From Vicugna vicugna (taxonomy: Eukaryota): a stretch of 64,000 nt of DNA. The stretch covers positions 4,281,579 through 4,345,578 of the forward strand of contig MU058198.1 of the NCBI GenBank assembly GCA_013265495.1, written 5' to 3'. Within the stretch, counting starts at the first letter, position 1. Each line of letters begins with the position of its first letter. The position numbers and the translations under genes were made by a program. The notes beneath the pieces are model-generated. The model was not told the origin of the DNA and did not search any database. It saw nothing but the letters and a program-made list of their open reading frames with translations. Below, in pieces: positions 12,968-25,360 of this stretch.

Positions 12968-15896
12968 TGTTTGGGCCATTTTCAACATGATGTTTAGCCC
13001 TTTTCTTCTGAAAAGAGAATGAAGGTTAGAAGCTGGAAAAAGAGAAGCATACACCTTCCATGTCTCAAAAGGCTAGTTTTTCATTCTTCCTGTCCATCGT
13101 GTAACATCAACAACCAAATTCAAAGGAACAGACAAGCAAAGAGACTCCCAGGCCCCCAGGAGCCACATCTCCTGGGCTGAGTGTGAGGACTTGAACCCTC
13201 CCCAACTCACCTTCCAAGTGCAGGGAGTGGGAGCTGCATCCTGTGTCCCACCTTTCACTGTTGCTGGCTTTGGGTAAAGGAAGAGTAGGTCCCCAAAGAT
13301 TTTCTCATTGTGAAGCCTGCTCCTCATTACAATCTCTGGAAAGTAGACCTGAGCTGGTGCCCTGGAATCCTGTGCCATGAGGAAATCGGGGAACGATGTG
13401 CCCATCCCAAGTTCTGCCTCAGCCTGGGCTTCTCTGCTTGATGTCACACAATGATGCTTCCCTAAAATGAGAAGCCAGGCCGGGCAGCTCCACAATGAGT
13501 CACTGCTGGACGAGGGGCAATGGGGCTTATGACCTGGAGAGCAGCTATCCTGTTCCATATAGAGCTGTCCGTCCGAATGTCTCTGTTCCGGGCCCTGATG
13601 GGGTCTGATGGAATGAACTGTAGGGATTGTGGGTACCACATGCACAGCTGAAAGCAGCAAGCGCAGGTCAGCAGAATCATCCCTGAGACCATCTCTGGGG
13701 TAGCCAAGCGCCCTGAGATGTTATTCTAGTCCTGAGATTAGCAGGGCTGCTGGAGTGGGTTAGAACCACTCGCTGGCCTGACGACTTAAGGAAGCCCAGA
13801 CTTCAAAAAAGCATGGCTGGGAAACCTTGGGGCTGAGGAGCCACTGGCTCACCCCGTCATTCAGGGTATCTTCTGAGTCCCTCCTATCTGATGAGCTCAA
13901 CACCTGGTCCAGCCTGGTCCAAGGGTAAAGCCTCAACACCTATCCTTGTCAGAGGCCGGGCTTTTCCCCACGGGCCCAAATGACAGCTGTGGGCTGGACC
14001 AGGCCCCTCAGTCCTCCTAGGAAAGGACCTGTGTGGGCAGCTGTTGGCTAACGCGGCTGCTATCCAGACCTAAAACTGGCTCTGGGCAAGAGACTGAGCT
14101 GGCGTCTGGGGCAAGTGGGCTCCAGAGGAGGCAGAGTGACCCTCTCAAGGGCCAAAGGTGGGGAGTGGGAGGCCTAGGAGGTTTCCCCAAGTTGGCCCTC
14201 AGCCCCCCGCCCACACCAAGACCTCTGCTGCAGCTGCTTGGGGTGAGAAGTGAGTTTTGATGGGAGCTGTCACTGCAGTAGCTCAGGCCACGGCCACCTT
14301 GCCCCTGGCTCACTGCCACCAGCCTCCTGGTCTTTCTGCCTCTAGTCTGGCCCACTCTCCAGCCTTAGGCAGAGAGAGCAAAGCTGAGCAAGCCACTTCT
14401 CCACTTACTCCCGGGATGAAGTCCACACTGCTGGGTGGGAATTTCAACACCCCTGATGGTCAGGCCTCTTTCCAGCTTCAACTCTGACGACTCTCCCTTC
14501 GCACTCTAGGGTCAGCCCATGCTCACGCTGTCCCACCCCTGGGCCTGGTACAGTGGCTGACATCCAGTGGGCCTCATACGTATGGTTATAAATAGGCAAC
14601 AAATAGGTCTTTGCTTCTGCTCTTCCCTCTGCCTAAACCATCCCCGCTTCCTCTTCTGGCTAACTCCTATTCTAGTCACTGATTGAACATCCCTTCTTCC
14701 AGGAAGCCTTCCTGGTCATCCCACACCCACTTTGACAGGAACTTTCAAAGCATGATCACACTTTATCATTGATGGCTTAACCATCTTCCCAACTAGACGA
14801 AAAGTTCCATGAGGGCAGGCGTCATTTGCAAGGATGCCTGGCACAGCCTGGCGAATGGAAGACCTTCAGAACACAGGTGTCTGGCTGCTTGTCTCAGATC
14901 CAGCAGCCACCCTACCCGGCCTGGCTGCCCACCCCTGCCCAGGTACCTATGACCAAGGAACACCCACCCTTCCTGCACCAGCTCAGGCCTTGAGGTCTGA
15001 GCTCATGGAGGTGACTGGCTGATCTATCACCTGTCCTCTGCCCTTTGGAAATGATGCAACGTCCAAGACTTCCTTGACCATAAACGATGATTGCTAGGCT
15101 GCCCTCAGGACCAGCTCTCACCTTTGGGAAAGGCCCATGATCAATCACCAAGTCGTGTGGACTCTGCCTCCTGGACAACGTCTTCGTTGGTCCACTGCCT
15201 CTGCCTCAGTAGGGGCCCCACCAGCTCCTCTCTCAGGGGTCCCTGCTTCTAGTCTTGCCCCGACTCCATCCATTTTCTGCACTGCAGATCATCATACAAA
15301 TCCGACCATCAATCTCCTCCTCTGTCAACAGCAGCCTCCTCCCCTGCATGACTTCCAAACACGGGGTGTCAGGTCCTTCATACTCCAGCTCCTCCTCACC
15401 TCCCCAGCCTTGTTGCCTGCCTCCCCATCTGCTTCCATGCCCTCACCTCACACCTGCAGCACAAGCCATTCCTAGCATCTGGAGTGCTTGCCTTCCTCTC
15501 CATCTCCATCAAGATGGCCTTCCTCCCATGGGCTCTTCTGGCTCCTGCCATCTCTGCAGTCTCTCCCTGTTTCCTGGGTATTTGTTTGCAAGCTTCCTGG
15601 GGGCTGAGGCCACGTTTGTAGGGTTCAGGTTGGTTCCCCAGGGTCTAGGCCAGTGTTTGGAAGAGTAAGCCCTCTATATTCACCTGGAGGAAACATAGAA
15701 ATTATTTTTAAGACATGGCTTCAATTCTGAGCATCCTTGTGTGAAAGCAAAAATGCTATTTCTACCATGAAATGACATTAAAAAAATTTCTGGTCATTCA
15801 AATAATTGCTTGATGTGTAGGAAAACTGAATTCAAATACAAGGATAGAGGGTAAAAACAGAACCCTGATAAATTTTTGTTTTGGTTCTTTCAAAAG

Positions 15897-16095
15897 ATAC
15901 TAATATATATAAAATAGATAAACAACAAGTTTATACTGTATAGCACAGGAAACTATATTCAACATCTTGTAGTGACTTATGGTGAAAAAGAACATAAAAA
16001 TGAATGAATGTATGTTCATGTGTGACTGAAGCATTGTGCTGTACACCAGAAACTGACACAACATTGTAAACTGACTATACTTCAATAAAAATATA
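15897..16095 (+). mobile_element. L1 3' terminal fragment (artiodactyl type)
   Basis: ATAAAATAGATAAACAACAAG...TGTATAGCACAGG...GCTGTACACCAGAAACTGACACAACATTGTAAACTGACTATACTTCAATAAAA. Confidence 0.8.
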
Positions 16096-16177
16096 TTACA
16101 TATATTTGGCTCAAGTCTACCCTGACATGTGTCATTTGTAATATTTTTTACTGTCCTTTTAAATTAAAAAAAAATGT

Positions 16178-16250
16178 TTTAATGGAGGTACTGGGGTTTG
16201 AACCCAGGACCTCATGCATGCTAAGCATGTGCTCTACCACTGAGATATAA
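16178..16250 (-). mobile_element. tRNA-derived camelid-type SINE (partial)
   Basis: Same core as the other copies. Confidence 0.75.
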
Positions 16251-16284
16251 TGATATAGCTTCCTTGTAATGATATTTTGATGTG

Positions 16285-16866
16285 TGTGGAGGATAGACCC
16301 CCAAGGTAACCCTCAATGATCCCCACCTCCCAGTGTTCATGCCCTTGTGTAATCCCCCGCCCCCTTGAGTGTGGACGGAAACTGTGACTGGCTTCTAGCC
16401 AGTACAATATGGTAAAGGTGATGAGATGTCAGCCTGTGATTGTATCATAGCATGGAAACTGTCCTGCTAGCAGACTCACTCGAGAGGCTGTCCTTGCTGG
16501 CTGGTTGAAGTCGCAGCCCCACTGGGGAAGCCCACATGACCAGGAAATGCAGGAGCTCTCAAGGAGCTGAGGGCAGCCTTCAGATGATGGCCAGCCAGAA
16601 GCCATTTCCCTCAGAGCGTGTGGCCCTACAACAACGGGGACATGAATTCTGACAACCTGAGGGAGATTAGGAGTGGGTTCTTCCCCAGTCAGACTTCCAG
16701 ATGAGACTGCAGCCCTGGCTGACACCTTGATGGCAGCCGTGTGGGATCCAGGCAGAGGACCCAGCTAAGCTGTGCTTGGACTCCCGCCTGACCCTATGAG
16801 ACAATACACGTATGCTGTTTAAAGCTGCTGAGTCTGTGGTCACTCGTCACATAGCAATAGATAACG
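16285..16866 (+). mobile_element. MaLR (MLT1-type) solo LTR
   Basis: Starts TGTGG; contains GATCCCCACCTCC..TTCATGCCCTTGTGTAATCCC, CAGCCCTGGCTGACACCTTGAT and GAGGACCCAGCTAAGC; ends AGCAATAGATAAC. Confidence 0.75.
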
Positions 16867-19455
16867 GAAGGTATGTGTGGTTTATGGATGCCTGGGTGGC
16901 TGTGAGGGGCGAAGCTGGGTGGGGAGATGTGGGAAGAGGGAAGTCTGCCTGCAGAGCTGCAAGGAGGGGTCTGGACAGCTCTGTGCCTGAGGGTGGGCGG
17001 AAGAGGACAGCCTCTGTTAGCCTCTTTTGGGGAGTGTATCAAATAGGAGTGATTTGGTTGCAAGCAACAGAGACAAACCCAAGAAAGTTTATGCAAAAAA
17101 GGGTATTTGTCGTGAAGGTACCAGGGCAGGAAATGCAGAATGGCCTCAGTGATGTGGATGGGTTACGGGAGGAAGGGTGGATTACAGACATATCTAAAAG
17201 TGGCTTCCAGAGAAGGTGCCCCAACTCTGCACCACCCCATGCCCTGTTCCCCTAGGCTGGCAGCTTTTTTTTTTTTGGCCTTTTGGTTGCCTCAAAGCCA
17301 GTGGCTTCGCCATACCAGCAGATCTTTCCTCCTTGGCTCCATCACTCTGATATTAGAAAAGTGGAAGCCACTGATCTGAAAAAAACCCATCAGTGAGGTG
17401 CTACCCAAGCTGATGCAAGACCAGACTGTGAGTCAGAGACCACTTGGGACCCGGGAGTAGAGACGGTAGAGCGGCAACTGTGAGAAGGTGTAGGCTCTGA
17501 AATACGGTTACAGACCACTGGGTCTGCCGTGCAGGAGGCAGGAACAGATCACAGGCAGAGAAGCTACAAGGAGGGTTTAAGACCTTCAAATATGGGCATT
17601 TGTGGGACTCACTGGGCTCTGGGGGGCACTGGGAGCTGGAGCCACAAGAGGAGGATAGGAGCCCAGCATGGAGCTCCTAAGGGAGCCAGGGCCATCAAGA
17701 AAGCCCAAGAATTCAGTCACTCCAACTGCAACTGACTCTTGGGAATTCACAGGGGCGAACACAGCAAGGGATGCTCTGACCCCCTGCAGTCTCCAAAACG
17801 CTGGACCAAGAACAGGCTGGATGGGTGCTACATGCAAGGTGTGGGTGCTGAGAGGAGCAGGTCCACGGCCCTGGGGCAGCCGCAGGCGGGGGAGCAGGAG
17901 CGGAAGGCCTGAGCACATGGGACTAGACTTTCTATGAGAACTTTTCTGCGGAGAAGGGAAGGAGACAATGTGAAGGGGGCAGATCCCAGCATCACAGCAC
18001 CCTCCTGATGGTCAGGAATGGCCGCCATGAGTTTAGAGGACAGACTCCTTGACCTCGCGGAGGGTGGGTCTGGTGAAAAGAGGCTCCACTGAGTGTAGTG
18101 CCAGGGCAAGGTGACAGCAGCGTGGCGACTTCCCCAGCAGCGGTCACCACGGCTCTGCAGCAGCGGGGAGGTGCTTCCAACTGTGATGCAACTACAGCTT
18201 TGAACACGCGCTGAGCCGCCGAGTCCCACACCATGACTCGTCCGTCCAGGAAGATGGAGGGTAGCCACTGACACCGGTAGGAGTCAAGTTAAGTTTCATT
18301 TTTCTTTAGATTGGAGCTGTTGAGGTAGGGAGGCTGCTACAAACAACAGGGGAGTGAAAACTGAACACCATTCTTAAAATAATGAGGGCATTGGCTGTTT
18401 TAGTTCAGAATCAGTGATAAAACACATGCTGCATTCTGGGGAGGACGTTCATCTTGGACTTTCCCTGTCTCCAGGCACCAACGCCATCTCCTCAGCAAGC
18501 GCCGTGTCCCCCCTTCCTGCCGCTGCGAGCCCAGGCATCGTGGGGGAGGCCTCTCCACGGTGCTGCGGAGACGCCTGACTGTGGGCAGCTGGGCTCCTTG
18601 AAGAAGGGGTCAACGCTTACGGGCGACAGACACCGACACCTTTGCCTTCTCTACAGGGTTTGGCTTGTTCCATAGATGAAGGGGGCGGGTAGAGAAAGAG
18701 AACAGCACGGGGATGGTGCAGGAGGCAGCAACAAGTGAGTCTTCAGCAAACACAAATTAAAGTTATAGGGGGAAATGGGCTTATAGGTACAGATTTTCAA
18801 TGTAATCACTAAGAGCAGGGGGGTCTTTGGGGTACAGGAAACTTCAAGAGGAAAAAGTGGTTGCCCTTTTCAAGATCAAACTTAAGTCAACTCACAGCAG
18901 AAGGAAGTCCAGGGTCTTCTAGGCAAGGGACAGGTCACTGATGCACCGAGCAAGCAAGTCCATCACTTCAACCGCTCAGCCACCAACATGGCAGCAGGTG
19001 TCCCAAGAGAAGATGCCAAACCTGGGCCACGGAGAGGGGCTGTCACCAGAACAGCCGTCCAGACCATCAGCCCCACCTCGCTCCAATGCCCCCCACACTC
19101 TTCCCAAGTATTTCAGCCCTGGGAAAGAAGACTGGAAGAGGGAGCTCCCCCGATAAGGGATGCTCTGGCTCCTGCAATGAGGTTGTGGGGCTGAGTTACT
19201 GGGAGTTGGTCTCCGGGAATCTGAGTGTTTCTAGACAAGACAAGCGTCTCTGGACAAGAAAGAGGATCAGGACTGGTGAGAGCAGAGGAGAAGCCTCACC
19301 CACGGAACTTTCGCTGAGAGACAGCCAGTCTGGGAGGTCTCTGGGGCACCCGGGGGCTGGTTTCACGCTGCAACCTTGCTCTCCAGTCTTTCAAACTTCT
19401 AGAGTCACAACTGGACCCTCACAGGTCCCATCACAGTTCTGTTTAGTGAAGTGAC

Positions 19456-19492
19456 AACACGCACATGCACACACACTCACACACACACACAC
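19456..19492. repeat. Imperfect (CA)n microsatellite, i.e. a GU-rich tract on the minus strand just downstream of the ARHGAP17 polyA signal
   Basis: ACACGCACATGCACACACACTCACACACACACACAC. Confidence 0.8.
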
Positions 19493-19546
19493 TCCACAGC
19501 TTTGCCTCCAAGAAGGATAACGTTTTCATATAAACCACAGAATATA

Positions 19547-19552
19547 TTTAAT
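19547..19552 (-). terminator. ARHGAP17: ARHGAP17 distal polyadenylation signal ATTAAA
   Basis: TTTAAT on + at the end of an AT-rich 3'UTR, with a GU-rich element downstream. Confidence 0.6.
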
Positions 19553-19866
19553 TCAAATTAAACATGAAACTAAAATAATATTCGGTCCTTATCAAGTAGC
19601 AATTACATTGTTTAAAAAAAAAAAAGAACAGTACATTTCTTGCTACATTCTGACAATCCAACAAGGCACAGGCACTCCAGTTTGCTGAGGTGACGGATCC
19701 AGCAGTCACCACCGATGCTCGTGGTTCTGACAGGGTCGGGGAGACACAGAACATACTTCATACAAAATGATTCTGCAGCAAGTCGGAAGGACGGGGACCT
19801 CCCTTGTGATACATAAGAATGAAAGTCCCAGGAGCAGGAAAGAGGCGACTTGCGTAATGGATGCAT

Positions 19867-19872
19867 TTTATT
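19867..19872 (-). terminator. ARHGAP17: Possible proximal ARHGAP17 polyA signal AATAAA
   Basis: TTTATT on + within the 3'UTR. Confidence 0.35.
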
Positions 19873-20263
19873 AAATAGATAGTTAACGCGTTGCTTTTCA
19901 TTCATTCCAAGTTGCCGCTGGTATCGTCTGTGATAACAGCGGTGACCAAAGCTTCCTGCACATCTCGGCAATGGTACTCTTTCTGCTCTAGGTATTTCTT
20001 CTTTCTGTTTTTTTTGTTTGTTTGTTTTGGCATGATTCTTTCCCATGTAAAGAAAGCCAACTTCTTCAAGACACAGGTCATTCAGCTTTAAGTGTCAGCC
20101 TCCGCTCTCTCCTCGGGCTGTGAGAAGGCCAAGTCCTGCGTGGTAAGGCCTTCTTCTTCCCTCCACTGAAAGCTTCTCACTGTTTGGTCTGCGAAGATCA
20201 ATGTCTGCCTGCCCCTGTTCCACTCGCCAGGGTGGAAGGGGTCAAGGGCGGGGGCAGCTTTCC

Positions 20264-20394
20264 TCACAGGGCGGTACTTTCTGTGTCATTGTCCATATCC
20301 AACAGAATGCGGCCGGGCAAGTCTTTGCTGGCTGAGTCTGAATGCATTTCAGGAAAGATGCTGCGAAGCGGTTCTGAAACCCTAGAATTGGAGT
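20264..20394 (-). CDS. ARHGAP17: ARHGAP17 terminal coding exon (20) DSNSRVSEPLRSIFPEMHSDSASKDLPGRILLDMDNDTESTAL*
   Basis: gtccAG|AC; TGA at 20266-20264; class I PDZ ligand -STAL. Confidence 0.95.
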
Positions 20395-20821
20395 CTGGAC
20401 AAAAACACGGGGAGACATGGTATCAATGCGTGGTAATGCCCAAGAGGCCGCCCGAGGTGCTCTGAGAAGAGGAGAAGTTGGAAAGATGGAGAATCAGCCC
20501 ATGCACACACACTCCCTTACTAGAGGCACCATCAGCCCTTAGAAGTTGTGTCAAGCCTTTGAGACCCCAGGGGCAGCCGTGTGGCACAGCTCCACCTCCT
20601 GGCGCTGGTGGTCCTTTGTGAGCCCAGGGCAATCCTCAGAGATGCAACCCCCAAAGGATGTGCTCGCTCTGATTGAGGAAAAGAAGCCTTACTCTTCCTC
20701 GTGCCTCTAACACGCTGACTGAAACGCCCTGACAACATCTGGGCTGTGGGAACAGCTCAGCTTCACTGGAGAGAGTTCCTTCCACTGAGGCTGGTGAGTT
20801 TCCTCCTGGTATTAATGTTAT

Positions 20822-21038
20822 GCCCTCAAGTTTGGCACTAGTGACATTTGGGGCTGGATCATTCTGGGTTGTGGGGCTGTCCTGTGCACTGAAGGATGCT
20901 TAGCAGCCTCCCTGCCCTCTACCCACTACATGATGGTAGCACACAGCCCTCTCTCCCTCATTGTGACAAGCAAAGAGGTCTCCAGACAATGCCTAATGTC
21001 CCCTGGGGGCACAGTCCCTCCAGGTTGACAATCATTGG
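20822..21038. mobile_element. MER20-like hAT fossil
   Basis: GGCACTAGTGACATTTGGGGCTGGATCATTCT...GGCTGTCCTGTGCACTG...CTCCAGACAATGCCTAATGTCCCCTGGGGGC. Confidence 0.75.
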
Positions 21039-24000
21039 GGTAAATCACCAAATCTTCCACAAATATTAATTTTCTCATCTATTTCTAACACTTGTATGCT
21101 TATAATTCCTTTTTCGTGTCTTATTATGTTGGCTGGAACTCCTTCCTCAAGATGGGAAATACTCCTGTGCTCACAAAAGACACCGTAACCATCACCTAGT
21201 GAGGCGGTGAGTCTTATATTTTCTCCCTCATGAACAAACACTTACTGAGCACCTATCACATTGTACCTGTGAGGACGCAACCGTGAACAAGCCAGACACA
21301 GCTTTAATGAAGCCCACAGCCAAGTCAGGGAGAGAGGTCCTAATTAAGACAGAAGGATTTGTTTCCCAAGTAGATCTGTTTCTGCAAGATCTGTTTACTT
21401 CCTAGGGCATCTCTTTCCTACCAGTGACTCCTGGGTTGGCTGACCCATCCCTCAAGGTTTCCTATGCACCTCAACTCAGAGAAATTGCTACATTTACAGA
21501 GGTGCAAAAGCGTGTAAGAGTTCAGGTGCTGAATACCCTTTCAGACAATCCAGGTCTTACAATAATTGTAAAACCAATTAAATGGTGCTGAATTTCACTA
21601 TCTAATGGTACAGTCGAGGGTGGTCTATGTGTACAGAATAAAGGCTGTCTCAGATTTGTCCTTGGCAGAACAAAAGTCAACGAGGGCAGGACCATGTCTG
21701 TCTGGTTCTCGGTGTATCCCCAGTGCCTAGAATAGTGACTTAAAGCACTGACTGAAGCTGTGACCCAAGGGACTGTTAAAAGCAGACATTTAATAAATGT
21801 TGTGACTGCCTGTCTGGATGGATGGGCAGATGGACAGATAAAAAGTCATCCAGCCCGACCATCTTTCCAATTCTCCTTTCCTATAGCCTCATGTAAAGAA
21901 GAAGCCATGTTTTAAAGACAGCCCTGATATCGGAAATTCATTGCAAATTCAATCCCTTTACCATTATCCTAACCCAACAAGACAGACAGTGCAATCAGCC
22001 AGTGTCTCTTCTTGGCCCGAAGAGCTTGCAGGGAAGTACCGGACTGATATGCCTGGTGGGGGATGCACAGTGCAAAGGGGGTGTACATACTAGTTAGATT
22101 TCTACTTGTTAATATCCATTTACATGCAGACTAACATCTATCAGCCACAGACCTTTTCTGGAGGACAAACTCACTGTCTTTTTAACGTCACAAATAAATA
22201 ATCTCTGGCTTTGCACTTCTCTGAATTTTTCTATTATGATGAATGCATGTTCCTTATATACTCAGAAAAAAAAAAAGTGTGGTGGGAGCGTAAGGAACAT
22301 TCCTTCACTCCACCTCCTGCCTGCCCTGTCTGGCAGGTGCGTCTCTTTCCCCAGCCCCTCTCTCACTTTCATATGAATCATTTCTTGAGAGAAAACAACA
22401 AATCTGCTTACACACAGAAAGCAGTAAGAATCACAGCACGTGGGCAGAGCCAGCTTTCTGAAAGAAAAATCACTATAGCTGAGCAGCTGGTATATTCGAC
22501 ACGGTGTGAAGTGCTCCACATGCGTCGTCACAGCATCTCTCTGAATCCCCATGAAACCACCCTGAGTCAGCATTAGAGCTACAGTAAGGTGAGAAAGGGA
22601 GACTCGGAGAGGCTGAGCTCTCTGTCCAGGCACCGAACGGAGGATCAAAGCCAGGCTGGTCGGGCTCTGCAGTCTGGTTCTTAATATGCAGAATGCCTTT
22701 CCTCCTCCCCAGAGGAAGCTGTGTGTCCCATGGTGAGGGACCTGGGAGAGAAGATGGTATCTGAGGAGGTCATGGGTTGAGTCTTAAACACTCGGGTTCG
22801 TTTTAGCACAAGAGCTATAAAGGTTATTTTAGAAAGGTACCTGCAGGAACCCTCAGTTATTTATTTATTTTTTAAAAATACCTCTAAAACTTTCTGGCTA
22901 TGAATTTACAAGGTTCCGTTTTTCATTACATGCATTCCAAGAAGGGCTGGTCTCTGAGTATACTGCTGGGAGCTAAGCTCACCTGACAGATATTAAGTTT
23001 AAAACCAAAAGATAAACAAAAAAAAAAACCAGAGGCCCAGGTCACAGTCACCATGCACAGGCAGAATGTGACGTGGCTTGCCACAGATCCGGGGCGCTGA
23101 CAGATGTCACCTGGGTCCTTTGTTGTCTGAGCATCTGGATCCAGGAACTAGGTTCTCTGAGGGTCAGAACGGTCATTCTCTTATGGTTCTAGAAAGTTTA
23201 CTTGTCACTTCAACAATTACGATTATGTGCTTTAGGTTGTAAACCTACCCTTCAAAAAAGCCAAGATTATTTTGATAGTCACTTGGACGGGTCACAGATC
23301 CAAACACATCCTTGAAACTGAATGTTACAGGAACAATTGCAGCGTGAATCCACCCCCTCCCGATCTTTCATCCTTCTTGTCTAAACTAGAGTCTGGGGGA
23401 ATGACTTCCTTCGGTTCTTTATTAGTTTTCTAGAGCTGTGAGAGGCCGACTAGTCTATAAGAGACTTTGAGCCGACTTGCCATTATTTCAGTCAAAGGAG
23501 AGATTCTGCTCAAGTCTCACTGGATATTTATCTTGATATGAGCCTGATGTTTATTTATTAAAAATAAAGTGGAAGTAGAAGCAGAAGTCACTTAAATGTC
23601 CAACTACGAGAAGTTAATGCACCTGCTTAATGAAATTATTATGCAGTCACTGAAAAAGATGGTTATGAAAACTACATTATAACATGGGAAAGAGTGTATG
23701 AGGTAAAGTGAAATAAAAACACAAGATCAAAATCTGTATGTGCCAAATAGTTACGATCATGCACCCCTCCTTTGCCTTTCAGGGAAAAAAAAAAGAAAAC
23801 CTAGAAAGGAAAAAATAAAATATGAAAAGTGGACTTTTTCAATCTTGGAAGGGTGATTTCGTATTATTTCTAGTTCCCCAATTTGCTTTAGGATCTGAAC
23901 TATTTTTAAAAGGCATTACTTTCATGATATAAAAAGAGTTTAATTTTAGAGAGCCAAGACTGTGAGGGCCAGCACAGTGTCGGGTGTCTAATGACAACAA

Positions 24001-24747
24001 TGTGCTTTCTTCTACCACCGCGCAGTGGAAGAACGACTCCGAGGGAATTCTGGGGCTCACCAAATTAAGAAATACCTGTTACTCCAGAACACTGTCTTTT
24101 TAACCCACCACCAACTGGTGTATCAGAATCAAAACATGAATGCCTGGGCTCCGGACCGCCTGCGTCTGGGTCCAGGCATATGAGTTTTTAAAATGGTGAC
24201 ATGCGAACCTCATATCTAACTCTGGTTATCTATTTTTTCATAAAAATGATCATAAATAGCGACCATTTATTTAGACCCACTGTGTAGTAAGAATTGTAAG
24301 ATGTTTTTCGTATGTTATCTGATGTAACCCCTTTGAAAGTTATTCTCACAAATGTCACCATTTTACAGATCAACCAGGTTGTGCCGGGACTGCTGTTACA
24401 CGGAGAGCTGAAAATTTAACTCAGGCGTGTGTGATTCTGGTGTGGGCTCTTTCCACTACCCCTCAAGCCTGCCTGGTATAGAAAAGACTGGAAGTTAAAG
24501 AGGTAACAAGGTGACCAGCTGGGGCACGTCTGTGAGCACGCTTAGTATTCGGAGTCATTGACAGCAAGCACGACGCGGCCAGCCGCCTGGAGTGCATGCA
24601 CTGTTAGTGGGGATGCAAGCAGGCAGGGTTAGAGTGACCGGTTAACGACAGGCATTAGTGCGCAAACATGATCATCATGTAGCAAAAACGCTTCGGCCAA
24701 TCAGGTGCCTTTTCCTTACCATTATATATTCCAATTTCAGTTCTTAC

Positions 24748-24768
24748 TGAATATGGCAGGTCATACAT
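24748..24768 (-). CDS. ARHGAP17: Candidate 21-nt alternative microexon of ARHGAP17 encoding (D)V-stop
   Basis: atttAG|ATGTATGACCTGCCATATTCA|GTaaga; in phase with exon 19; RBFOX and QKI motifs downstream. Confidence 0.6.
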
Positions 24769-25231
24769 CTAAATTATTTAATAAAATGTTTAAATTAGAA
24801 CACTCTTGGCTAAAATCTATTACTTTAAAAACAGCAAGATGTAAACGCTCTTCCTTGCGAAGCTCAAATTCTACTGCTTTCTTGAGGGACGATGAAGAAG
24901 AGATTCGAAACGCGGACAGCAGAGTCCCTCCTTTCTCTGGTGCCGGGCTGCCAGGAACTGGCGGCCAAACCTGTTTGGCAGCAAAAGTCTCCAAGGAGCT
25001 TATCTTAATCCCCCCGGCCATAATTCAATTTTTAAGGTCAAATTCTCTAAACGATAACGAATAACCTGTTTTCAGGAATTTGTACAGAGTTTTCCAAGTG
25101 AAATCATGATGTCATTATAAACGACTACCTGTCCAAGGAAGTCACATTTTTTCTCTTCCTGAAATACCCAATGGCTTTACCCGAGATCGGTTAATAGCAG
25201 CATGATCAACACTAGCAGATTCATGAATCCT

Positions 25232-25360
25232 TTCTCTTTTTTTGGAGGGGGTGTAATTAGGTTTATTTATTTATTTTTAATGGAGGTACTGGGGATTGAA
25301 CCCAGGACCTTGTGCATGCTAAGCACAGTGGTCTATCACTGAGCTATACCCTGCCCCACC
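25232..25360 (-). mobile_element. Camelid-type SINE with ~17-bp TSD
   Basis: TSD GCAGATTCATGAATCCT (25215-25231) / GCAGATTCACGAATTCT (25361-25377). Confidence 0.85.

Noticed and set aside
13073..13660. 195-aa intergenic ORF on the minus strand
   Set aside because: Non-ATG start, no recognisable domain and no convincing exon structure; consistent with chance in GC-moderate DNA.
24864..24970. Possible additional alternative exon reading GLAASSWQPGTRERRDSAVRVSNLFFIVPQESSRI*
   Set aside because: The acceptor (gccaaacAG) has a weak polypyrimidine tract and I found no clear donor or polyA signal; worth only a glance in RNA-seq.
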